The notes under the pieces: generated by a model | What the model saw: the letters and a program-made list of their open reading frames with translations, nothing else | Databases searched by the model: none | Told to the model about the DNA's origin: nothing | Source: a virus | Taxonomy: Duplodnaviria; Heunggongvirae; Uroviricota; Caudoviricetes | Direction: 5' to 3' (one strand) | Virus record (IMG/VR): IMGVR_UViG_2728369188_000006 | Span: 1 to 16,660 of that record | DNA: 16,660 bases | Translations under genes and position numbers: made by a program | Part shown: positions 9,684-16,660 of the stretch, one piece after another | Numbering within the stretch: position 1 is the stretch's first letter | Layout of the letters: each line of letters starts with the position of its first letter

Positions 9684-10725
9684 ACAGGTTAGCGTTTGGG
9701 TTTTGTTGTTGGGGAGCTGTTTTTATAGGCGCTCCCAGGTTTTTAGTAAACCACTCAACGACTCTGTTTATAATAATTGGCTGATACCATGTCTTATCGC
9801 CATGCTCGGCCCCTTCTACCAGCACGTACTCAGCGTTATCGCCGTTCTTCTTCAACATCCTGAATAGTTTGGCGCTTTGCTCAGGTGAAACCAGAGTGTC
9901 TTTGCTACCATGCATAATAAGAAATGGGGGTTTTACTCCTTTCATATGTCCGATTGGACTGGCGTTTAGCGCTTTTTCTTTTGACGCTGTGATGGGGGCT
10001 CCCGCAAAATTTCTGAATGCAGGGCCATTGATCATTAAGGCTTCGGTTACGGCAGGAGAGCGATGAACCTCCTGCACTGATTCAGGGAACCCCTCGCCAA
10101 TATTCAACAAGTCAGAAATCCCATAAAGTGTGGCAACTGCCTGAACATCTGAGGATTGCTGAAGAAAGTCACCTTTATCAAAGGTTTTGTCACCATTTGT
10201 AGTTCCCATCATCTGAGCAAGCCATCCACCGGCAGAGTCACCCAGAACTCCGATTCTTTGAGGATCAATCCCATAATTGCTGGCATGCTCTCTCAGGTAA
10301 CGTATTGCAGCTTTTCCATCCTCAACTGGTGCTGGAAATGTATCAGGAATTGTTCTGTATTCTACAGCGGCCACAACAAAACCAGCTTCTGCCAGAGCCA
10401 TTCTCATTTCAATAAATTTGTCATGTTCAGAAGACATGAATCCGCCGCCGGGATAATAAATAATGGCTGGTTTTAAATCATTTGTTCGCGGGACAAGAAC
10501 TGACATGTGAAGCTGTCTGACAGAACGAGTTCCTTTTATCTGGGAATAAACAACATCACCAATGAGATCGACTTGGTTTCTGGTCGGTGAAACACTAATG
10601 ATATCTGCACCCGGGGTGTAACCAGGAAGATTAGTCTGGACAGGTGTTGCACAACTCCCGACCGACATGGCCATTGACATACCATACAATAGTGTTGCAG
10701 ATGATAATATCTTGTTAATTTTCAT
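9682..10725 (-). CDS. Secreted, probably lipoprotein, alpha/beta-hydrolase esterase/lipase (hormone-sensitive-lipase-like family IV), 347 aa
   Basis: Contains PGGGF (HGGG-type oxyanion region), the GDSAGG nucleophile elbow, and downstream Asp (HGSKDTLV) and His (GAEHGD) candidates in canonical order. The N-terminus MKINKILSSATLLYGMSMAMSVGSC looks like a signal peptide with a lipobox-like Cys. Confidence 0.8.
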   Translation of the reverse strand: MKINKILSSATLLYGMSMAMSVGSCATPVQTNLPGYTPGADIISVSPTRNQVDLIGDVVYSQIKGTRSVRQLHMSVLVPRTNDLKPAIIYYPGGGFMSSEHDKFIEMRMALAEAGFVVAAVEYRTIPDTFPAPVEDGKAAIRYLREHASNYGIDPQRIGVLGDSAGGWLAQMMGTTNGDKTFDKGDFLQQSSDVQAVATLYGISDLLNIGEGFPESVQEVHRSPAVTEALMINGPAFRNFAGAPITASKEKALNASPIGHMKGVKPPFLIMHGSKDTLVSPEQSAKLFRMLKKNGDNAEYVLVEGAEHGDKTWYQPIIINRVVEWFTKNLGAPIKTAPQQQNPNANL

Positions 10726-11023
10726 GTTTTACATGCCTTGACTTATCGGATGAAATTCTCTTACTGAATTTAACGGCAGTTTAATAGCCGTACAACTCGT
10801 GGTAGCCAGGGAAATATCCCAGTCGTGGTTAAGGTTGTACTTGACGGCTATTATTTCAACAATGCTTAAAGTGAGAGCTTAAGGTTATGCGTATGTTTTA
10901 CAGTCCGAGTAGATTCTGACCAATAGCTTCTTTGTATAATTCTGTCAGAAATAAATCTTGGCTTGCATGAAGTTTGAGACCTTATCTTGTTTGATTATGA
11001 ATAATCAATTCGCCATAATTGTA

Positions 11024-11050
11024 TCACCGGAGCCTGAACAACTCCGGTGA
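11024..11050 (+). other. Perfect 9-bp inverted repeat hairpin (TCACCGGAG / CTCCGGTGA, 9-nt loop) in the cargo-nin intergenic region
   Basis: Seen directly in the sequence. No strong T-tract follows, so function (terminator, processing or operator site) is unknown. Confidence 0.3.
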
Positions 11051-11172
11051 CTTCTGCGCTAAACGGGGACGTTTATGCGCACACACAATCCAAACTCTCT
11101 TCTCCCTTCACAGATGCAGAAATGCACCTGCGTTTTTTTGCATCCAGCGTCTGACCTCTGTGGAGGTGAAGC

Positions 11173-11628
11173 GTGAACCTACCACAAGATGGCATCAAAC
11201 TGCATCGCGGTAACTTCATCGCTATCGGCCAGCAGATCCAGCCTTATCTGGAGGACGGAAAATGCTTTCGCATGGTGCTTAAACCGTGGCGTGAGAAACG
11301 CAGTCTTTCCCAGAATGCACTCAGCCATATGTGGTACAGCGAAATCAGTGAATACCTCATCAGCAGGGGGAAATCGTTCGCTACCGCAGCATGGGTAAAA
11401 GATGCTCTCAAACACACATACCTCGGTTATGAAACCAAGGACCTGGTTGATGTCGTAACCGGCGAAATCACTACTATCCAGTCGTTACGCCATACCTCCG
11501 ATCTTGATACCGGAGAGATGTATGTCTTCCTGTGTAAGGTTGAAGCCTGGGCGATGAATATTGGCTGCCACCTGACTATTCCGCAGAGCTGCGAGTTCCA
11601 GCTGCTGCGCGACAAGCAGGAGGCGTAA
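11173..11628 (+). CDS. ybcN: NinB/Orf-family protein (YbcN-like), 151 aa
   Basis: GTG start with a GGAGGTGA ribosome-binding site. The protein [15 protein letters not shown]...[20 protein letters not shown]... matches what I recall of DLP12 YbcN and the NinB motif (RSLDQN...W). Its stop overlaps the ninE start. Confidence 0.8.
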   Translation: MNLPQDGIKLHRGNFIAIGQQIQPYLEDGKCFRMVLKPWREKRSLSQNALSHMWYSEISEYLISRGKSFATAAWVKDALKHTYLGYETKDLVDVVTGEITTIQSLRHTSDLDTGEMYVFLCKVEAWAMNIGCHLTIPQSCEFQLLRDKQEA

Positions 11629-11798
11629 TGGCTACACCGCTTATTCGTGTCATGAACGGACACATCTACAAAGTACCAAATCGTCGTAAGCGTAAACCTG
11701 AGCTGAAGCCATCCGAAATACCAACACTGCTCGGGTATACCGCCAGCCTGGTTGATAAAAAATGGTTGCGACTGGCAGCAAGGAGGAATCATGGCTGA
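11628..11798 (+). CDS. ninE: NinE-like small protein, 56 aa
   Basis: Not in the ORF track (under 60 aa). ATG at 11628 overlaps the ybcN stop (TAATG). The translation [56 protein letters not shown] matches DLP12 NinE as I recall it. Confidence 0.7.
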   Translation: MATPLIRVMNGHIYKVPNRRKRKPELKPSEIPTLLGYTASLVDKKWLRLAARRNHG

Positions 11799-12081
11799 TT
11801 TAAGAAAAGCAGCGCGTGGTCGGGAATGCCAGGTAAGAATCCCTGGCGTATGTAATGGCAATCCTGAAACGTCAGTACTGGCACATATCCGGCTGGCTGG
11901 ATTGTGCGGTACCGGTATCAAACCGCCAGACCTGATTGCCACCATTGCATGTTCTGCCTGCCACGACGAAATCGACCGTCGCACGCATTTTGTTGACGCT
12001 GGATATGCAAAAGAATGCGCGCTGGAAGGTATGGCGAGAACACAGGTTATCTGGTTGAAAGAGGGGGTTATTGAGGCGTGA
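11791..12081 (+). CDS. ybcO: YbcO-like DUF1364 putative nuclease (Cys-rich metal-binding), 96 aa
   Basis: The likely start is the ATG at 11791 ([10 protein letters not shown]...), preceded by AGGAGG, not the track's 11752. CxxxxxC...CxxC cysteines are present. The stop overlaps the rusA start. Confidence 0.8.
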   Translation: MADLRKAARGRECQVRIPGVCNGNPETSVLAHIRLAGLCGTGIKPPDLIATIACSACHDEIDRRTHFVDAGYAKECALEGMARTQVIWLKEGVIEA

Positions 12082-12440
12082 ATACCTACAGCATCACATT
12101 ACCCTGGCCTCCGAGCAATAATCGCTATTACCGCCATAATCGTGGGCGCACGCACGTCAGCGCAGAGGGGCAGGCATACTGCGATAACGTCGCCCGAATC
12201 ATTAAAAACGCAATGCTGGATATCGGCTTGGCTATGCCAGTGAAAATCAGCATTGAGTGCCACATGCCGGATCGCCGTCGCCGTGACCTTGATAATCTGC
12301 AAAAGGCCGCTTTTGACGCACTCACCAAAGCAGGTTTCTGGCTGGATGATGCTCAGGTCGTTGATTACCGCGTTGTGAAGATGCCCGTTACCAAAGGTGG
12401 GAAGCTGGAGCTGACTATCACTGAACTGGGAGATGAATGA
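12078..12440 (+). CDS. rusA: RusA Holliday-junction resolvase, 120 aa
   Basis: [34 protein letters not shown]...[32 protein letters not shown]... is near-identical to E. coli RusA as I recall it. Confidence 0.9.
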   Translation: MNTYSITLPWPPSNNRYYRHNRGRTHVSAEGQAYCDNVARIIKNAMLDIGLAMPVKISIECHMPDRRRRDLDNLQKAAFDALTKAGFWLDDAQVVDYRVVKMPVTKGGKLELTITELGDE

Positions 12441-12577
12441 TGTTTGAGTCTTATATGGCAGAGCGTCTTCGCCGCCGCTGGGTGCGCCTGCGCTTATATC
12501 GTTTTCCTGGTTCTGTTTTGACCGATTACCGAATACTGAAGAATTACGCCAAAACCCTGACAGGAGCAGGAGTATGA
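12437..12577 (+). CDS. ylcG: YlcG-like small prophage protein, 46 aa
   Basis: Not in the ORF track. ATG at 12437 overlaps the rusA stop (GAATGATG). Translation is [46 protein letters not shown]; its position between rusA and Q matches DLP12 order. Confidence 0.55.
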   Translation: MMFESYMAERLRRRWVRLRLYRFPGSVLTDYRILKNYAKTLTGAGV

Positions 12578-12662
12578 AGTCAGAGATAACAATCAACTAA
12601 TACTGTTTTGTTGATTTTTGCTTGTAATTGGCGTTCTGGTCTGATTTTTGTGGAGTAAGTTG

Positions 12663-13046
12663 ATGCGTGATATTCAGATGGTTCTTGAGCGTTGGGGAGC
12701 GTGGGCGGCTAATAATCATGAAGATGTGACCTGGTCGTCCGTTGCCGCCGGTTTTAAGGGATTAATTCCTTCAAAAGTAAAATCTCGCCCGCAATGTTGT
12801 GACGATGACGCGATGATCATTTGCGGGTGCATGGCCCGTCTGAAAAAGAACAACAGCGATTTACACGATTTATTAGTAGATTATTATGTATGTGGTATGA
12901 CATTCATGTCACTGGCAAGTAAGCATTGCTGCTCGGATGGTTATATCGGGAAAAGGTTACAGAAGGCTGAGGGCATAATTGAAGGGATGTTAATGGCATT
13001 AGATATCCGGTTAGATATGGATATCGTTGCTAATAATTCTAATTGA
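12663..13046 (+). CDS. quuD: Late-gene antiterminator Q (QuuD-like), 127 aa
   Basis: ATG at 12663 with a GGAG ribosome-binding site; the track's 12648 start is a TTG extension. [24 protein letters not shown]...[18 protein letters not shown]... matches DLP12 QuuD as I recall it, with a Cys-rich zinc-binding region. Confidence 0.85.
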   Translation: MRDIQMVLERWGAWAANNHEDVTWSSVAAGFKGLIPSKVKSRPQCCDDDAMIICGCMARLKKNNSDLHDLLVDYYVCGMTFMSLASKHCCSDGYIGKRLQKAEGIIEGMLMALDIRLDMDIVANNSN

Positions 13047-13067
13047 TATGCAATTGTTTACTAAAAG

Positions 13068-13096
13068 TTATTAAAAATGGGGCGTGGAAACGCCCC
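13068..13096 (-). terminator. Putative terminator hairpin for minus-strand (porin) transcription
   Basis: GGGGCGT-GGAA-ACGCCCC stem-loop (13079-13096). On the minus strand it is followed by ATTTTTAATAA (plus 13068-13078). It lies about 140-170 nt downstream of the porin stop. Confidence 0.4.
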
Positions 13097-13183
13097 CAAA
13101 ATAAAGGGTAATATATAACAGAAGGTTTATATAGTAAGAAGCAAGGTAGTGCTTCTAAAGGAAGTGGCTTGAGGGCTCCACTT

Positions 13184-13226
13184 ATATGTTGCGGAGGCAA
13201 AGCCTCCCGCAACATATCTTTTTCGT
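13184..13226 (+). terminator. Putative tR'-like intrinsic terminator downstream of Q
   Basis: About 15-bp stem ATATGTTGCGGAGGC / GCCTCC(C)GCAACATAT with a small loop and one bulged C, followed by CTTTTTCG on the plus strand. Its position roughly 140-180 nt after Q is where lambdoid phages place tR'. Confidence 0.5.
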
Positions 13227-13234
13227 AAGTCAGA

Positions 13235-14100
13235 TTAGAACTGATAAACCAGACCTACAGCGACGATGTCGTCGGTATCAATACCAGCTGTTTTGGTAAA
13301 CTTACTATCGTCAATTAAGTTGATTTTGTAATCAACAAAAGTGGACATGTTTTTATTAAAGTAGTAAGTAGCACCGACATCGACATACTTGACTAAGTCT
13401 CGGTCACCATGAACACCAAGGTCTTTACCTTTTGACTGAAGGTAAGCAACAGATGGTCGCAGACCGAAGTCAAACTGATATTGTGCTACTGCTTCAAAGT
13501 TTTGTGCTTTGTTTGCAATATGGTTATTACCAAAAACGGTCATATTCTGAGTTTCAGAATATGTGGTAGCCAGATAGATATTGTTCGCATCATATTTCAG
13601 GCCTGCAGCCCATACTTCCGCATTTTTGCCGGAGGCATTGAATTTGCTCTTACCATAGGCGACCTGACCGTCAGTGCGATCTGATTTAGCATAGGTTGCA
13701 CCCACGCCGAATCCTTCATACTCATAAGTAGTGGAGAAACCGAAACCATCACCATTGGCTTCAGTTACGTCAGTGCGGTCATTTTTACCCTGATACTGAG
13801 CAGCAAAGTTCAGGCCATCGACCAGACCAAAGAAGTCGTTGTTACGATAAGTTGCAACACCAGTAGTGCGACCAGTCATGAACACATCTGTTTGGGTCCA
13901 GGTATCACCACCGAATTCTGGCAGGACGTCAGTCCACGCACCGATGTCGTATGCTACACCGTAGTTACGGCCGTAATCGATTGAGCCGTAATCACCAAAT
14001 TTCAGGCCTGCAAATGCAAGACGGGTTTTGTCTTTGGAAGAACCTTGAGATTCAGCACGGTTGCCTTTGAATTCATATTCCCACTGACCGAAACCAGTCA
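13235..14100 (-). CDS. nmpC: NmpC/Lc/OmpC-family general porin, partial: C-terminal about 288 aa, 5' end runs into the assembly gap
   Basis: The translation from ...[48 protein letters not shown]... to the ...VAVGLVYQF terminal Phe motif aligns with OmpC/NmpC. The signal peptide and first roughly 70 residues are not present before the N-run. The track's extension to 14218 is antisense translation of stf and is not porin. Confidence 0.9.
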
Positions 14101-14110
14101 NNNNNNNNNN
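14101..14110. other. Assembly gap (10 N) joining two non-contiguous gene fragments
   Basis: A run of n at 14101-14110. The porin gene (minus) is cut mid-ORF on the left and the stf gene (plus) is cut mid-ORF on the right. Confidence 0.95.
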
Positions 14111-14111
14111 C

Positions 14112-15932
14112 TCCAGACCAGGTACGCTGAATGATTTTCTCGGTGCCATGACGGAAGATGATGTCATGCCGGAGGCATTGCGTCGTTTTGAGGTAATGGT
14201 GGAGGATGTGGCACGCAACGCTGAAGCCGCCTCTCAGAGCGCAGCGGCAGCAAAGAAATCAGAAACAGCAGCGGCATCGTCCAGGAACGCGGCGAAAACA
14301 TCAGAGACGAATGCAGGTAACAGCGCGAAAGCGGCAGCTTCTTCAAAAACAGCCGCACAAAACGCAGCAACAGCGGCAGAACGTTCAGAGACAAATGCCC
14401 GTGCGTCAGAAGAAGCCTCCGCAGACAGTGAAGAGGCTTCCCGCCGTAATGCAGAGTCAGCCGCTGAAAATGCCGGAGTCGCCACCACAAAAGCGCGGGA
14501 GGCTGCAGCAGACGCAACAAAGGCCGGGCAGAAAAAGGATGAGGCTCTGTCGGCAGCGACACGAGCTGAAAAGGCGGCAGACCGCGCAGAAGCCGCAGCG
14601 GAAGTGACTGCAGAGCCCTATGCGAATATAGTGCCGCCGCTGCCTGATGTGTGGATACCGTTTAACGATTCACTGGATATGATTGCGGGTTTTTCTCCGG
14701 GCTATAAAAAAATAGCTATTGGTGACGATGTGGTTCAGGTCGCCAGTGATAAACAGGTTAATTTCAGTCGCGCATCAACGGCAACATATATCAACAAATC
14801 TGGCGAACTGAAAACGGCGGAAATTAATGAGCCGCGATTTGAGTGTGATGGCCTGCTTATTGAGGGACAAAGAACGAACTACATGCTCAATTCGGAAAGT
14901 CCAGCCAGCTGGGGGAAGTCATCAAACATGGATGTGCCCGAAACCGGGACGGATAGTTTTGGTTTTACTTATGGAAAGTTTGTCTGCAACGATTCTCTGG
15001 TTGGGCAAACTTCGGCTATTAATATGGCATCAATTGCTGCAACAAAGTCAGTTGATGTCTCAGGCGATAACAAGTACGTGACAACCTCATGCCGTTTTAA
15101 AACAGAACGACAGGTAAGGTTACGTATACGGTTTGATAAGTATGATGGTAGTGCAACAACTTTTCTTGGCGATGCGTACATTGATACGCAAACGCTTGAA
15201 ATTAATATGACAGGTGGTGCTGCCGGCAGAATTACGGCACGAGTCAGGAAGGATAAGACCACGGGCTGGATTTTTGCAGAGGCAACGATTCAGGCAATTG
15301 ATGGTGAGTTAAAAATAGGCTCTCAGATACAGTATTCTCCTGAGCAGGGTGGGGCAACAGTATCTGGTGACTATATTTATCTTGCCACCCCACAAGTAGA
15401 GAATGGGCCGTGTGTATCATCATTTATTATTTCAGGAGGCAGCGCAACGACAAGAGCCAGTGATTTGGTTAGTATCCCCACCAGAAATAATCTTTATAAG
15501 TTACCATTTACTTTTTTACTTGAGATTCATAAAAACTGGGATATTGCACCAAACGCCGCACCCCGCGTGTGGGATATAGCAGCAGCCAATACCGGGCAAT
15601 CAGCAATTGCAGCAATCAACAGAGGTAGTGGTAAGTTATATATGAGTCTGTCAAACCCTTCAGGCTCGTATGTTAATAGCGCAGCGACAGATGTATTTGC
15701 AGAGAAAACCACATTTGGATGTATTGCAAAAGCTGATGGTCACTTTCATGTGGTGACAAATGGTAAAGCGGTTAATGAAGTTTATTGTGAATATAATGGC
15801 GTGACCGCTGATAAAAATATCCGATTTGGAGGGCAGACGAATACTGGAGAACGACATCTGTTTGGCCATATTCGCAATTTCCGCATATGGCATAAAGAAT
15901 TAAATGACAGGCAATTAAAAGAGGTCGTATGA
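14112..15932 (+). CDS. stf: Side tail fibre protein (lambda Stf-like), 5'-truncated by the gap, with a C-terminal LamG/ConA-like putative receptor-binding domain
   Basis: The frame is open from the gap (SRPGTLNDFLGAMTEDDVMPEALRRFEVMVEDVARNA), which aligns with an internal segment of lambda Stf (PGTLNDFLCAMTEDDARPEVLRRLELMVEEVARNA). An Ala/Ser/Thr-rich repeat region follows (KKSETAAASS, KTSETNAGNS, ERSETNARAS). The C-terminus ...RFGGQTNTGERHLFGHIRNFRIWHKELNDRQLKEVV looks like the end of a laminin-G/concanavalin-like lectin fold. Confidence 0.85.
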   Translation, partial: SRPGTLNDFLGAMTEDDVMPEALRRFEVMVEDVARNAEAASQSAAAAKKSETAAASSRNAAKTSETNAGNSAKAAASSKTAAQNAATAAERSETNARASEEASADSEEASRRNAESAAENAGVATTKAREAAADATKAGQKKDEALSAATRAEKAADRAEAAAEVTAEPYANIVPPLPDVWIPFNDSLDMIAGFSPGYKKIAIGDDVVQVASDKQVNFSRASTATYINKSGELKTAEINEPRFECDGLLIEGQRTNYMLNSESPASWGKSSNMDVPETGTDSFGFTYGKFVCNDSLVGQTSAINMASIAATKSVDVSGDNKYVTTSCRFKTERQVRLRIRFDKYDGSATTFLGDAYIDTQTLEINMTGGAAGRITARVRKDKTTGWIFAEATIQAIDGELKIGSQIQYSPEQGGATVSGDYIYLATPQVENGPCVSSFIISGGSATTRASDLVSIPTRNNLYKLPFTFLLEIHKNWDIAPNAAPRVWDIAAANTGQSAIAAINRGSGKLYMSLSNPSGSYVNSAATDVFAEKTTFGCIAKADGHFHVVTNGKAVNEVYCEYNGVTADKNIRFGGQTNTGERHLFGHIRNFRIWHKELNDRQLKEVV

Positions 15933-16207
15933 AAGATTTAACTTTGAAGTTTCATGACAAACTGCAGTTTAAGGCCTTCCTGTCATCTCTTGGCTGGGCG
16001 GAAGATGAAGACCTCCAGAATAAACTGTTAGTTGATGAAATTGGTTTCACCTACACAGAAACAGGGGTAACAGAAGAGGGAGAACCTGTCTGTATCCGGA
16101 ATGATGGTTATTTTGTCAACATTCGCATTCTTGATGACTTGTTTGATGTTTCTGTATTCTCTGATTATGTCGTGGAGCTGGAAACACCGCTTCGGGAATG
16201 GAGCTGA
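15929..16207 (+). CDS. Hypothetical small acidic protein translationally coupled to stf (possible fibre chaperone or accessory), 92 aa
   Basis: Its start overlaps the stf stop (ATGA). I see no resemblance to lambda-type Tfa as I recall it. The functional guess rests on position only. Confidence 0.45.
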   Translation: MKDLTLKFHDKLQFKAFLSSLGWAEDEDLQNKLLVDEIGFTYTETGVTEEGEPVCIRNDGYFVNIRILDDLFDVSVFSDYVVELETPLREWS

Positions 16208-16219
16208 AAGGAGGAAATA

Positions 16220-16660
16220 ATGGATATAAGCCCCTTACTTCATGCACTTTGTGCTGTGGCTGCGCAGATACTGGTTGGTCTTTTTACCGGAAACTGGGCT
16301 TACGGAGCGATAGCCGGTTGTACGTTCTTCATTGCGCGTGAACATACCCAGGCAGAATATCGCTGGATTGAAATGTTCGGGCATGGCAAGCGAATGAATA
16401 TGCCGTGGTGGGGCGGTTTTGATCCGCGTGCTTGGGATGTGGCAAGCCTGATGGATTTTGCTGTGCCGGTGGTGGCGTGTCTGCTGGTCTGGCTGTTGGT
16501 TAATCGTGGGCGAAAAAAGGTGAGCTGTATATGCAACGGAGGAAGAAACCCCGTTGCTGGAAGCCAGGAAAAAGTATCGGGTGTTGCTGTCCTCGGATGT
16601 TGTGCTAATTGGGTGATAACAGATCCTGTGTATGGGAGTTTCCCTTTTTGCGTGCGTTGA
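16220..16660 (+). CDS. Hypothetical membrane protein (at least two predicted TM helices), 146 aa; C-terminal 45 residues look atypical
   Basis: Strong ribosome-binding site (AAGGAGG, 6 nt before the ATG). There are hydrophobic segments at about residues 5-35 and 75-95. The tail after RGRKK is Cys/Gly-rich and ends exactly at the window edge, so the 3' end is uncertain. Confidence 0.45.
   Translation: MDISPLLHALCAVAAQILVGLFTGNWAYGAIAGCTFFIAREHTQAEYRWIEMFGHGKRMNMPWWGGFDPRAWDVASLMDFAVPVVACLLVWLLVNRGRKKVSCICNGGRNPVAGSQEKVSGVAVLGCCANWVITDPVYGSFPFCVR

Noticed and set aside
9869-10476. Plus-strand ORFs 9869..10066 and 10156..10476
   Set aside because: They are antisense to the esterase gene, whose frame carries the ordered catalytic motifs.
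11019-12596. ORFs 11019..11213 (plus), 11179..11415 (minus), 11189..11398 (plus), 11427..11984 (minus), 12099..12596 (minus), 12128..12328 (minus), and the 11752 start of ybcO
   Set aside because: They overlap the tightly packed, translationally coupled nin genes in other frames or on the other strand. The ybcO start was moved to the ATG at 11791 with an AGGAGG ribosome-binding site.
13481-13684. Plus-strand 67-aa ORF inside the porin gene
   Set aside because: It is antisense to a conserved porin reading frame.
14101-14218. Track extension of the porin ORF across the N-run to 14218 (MRATSSTITSKRRNASG...)
   Set aside because: The porin alignment ends at the gap. The residues beyond it are antisense translation of the stf 5' region and contain X from the N-run.
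14164-14607. Three long ORFs (14164..14562 minus, 14206..14607 plus, 14234..14488 minus) overlapping the start of stf
   Set aside because: They are alternative-frame or antisense readings of the Ala/Ser/Thr-rich, GC-biased repeat region of the tail fibre. They have low-complexity Gln/Arg/Leu/Pro composition and no start context, whereas the stf frame aligns with lambda Stf.
14827-15893. ORFs 14827..15081 (plus), 14969..15262, 15527..15712 and 15660..15893 (minus) inside stf
   Set aside because: They are out of frame with or antisense to the tail-fibre ORF.
16300-16536. Minus-strand 78-aa ORF inside the terminal membrane-protein gene
   Set aside because: It is antisense, has no ribosome-binding site, and is Arg/Ser/Thr-rich low complexity.

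Overview
This window reads as a decayed, mosaic lambdoid prophage from an Escherichia-like host, interrupted by nested insertion sequences and a 10-N assembly gap. All identifications are from reading the sequence and recalled family knowledge; no database search was run. Left to right: a frameshifted lambda-family integrase (minus strand) and a truncated excisionase remnant; a defective IS911 copy that itself carries a 1374-bp IS110-family element; a lambda-type O gene (5' end cut by IS911, plus a 1-bp frameshift) containing five ori iterons; an apparently intact lambda-like P gene; an AT-rich cargo island with a 1302-aa invasin/intimin-family adhesin and a convergent lipoprotein esterase; a DLP12-like nin/Q module (ybcN, ninE, ybcO, rusA, ylcG, quuD); a convergent nmpC-like porin whose 5' end runs into the gap; and after the gap a 5'-truncated side tail fibre gene with two downstream ORFs. 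The most interesting signal is the IS110-family element: its long non-coding left end contains segments matching both flanks of its own insertion site, as expected for a bridge (guide) RNA, and its ends would assemble a near-consensus promoter if circularised. The immunity and early-left regions are absent, so the prophage is almost certainly cryptic.
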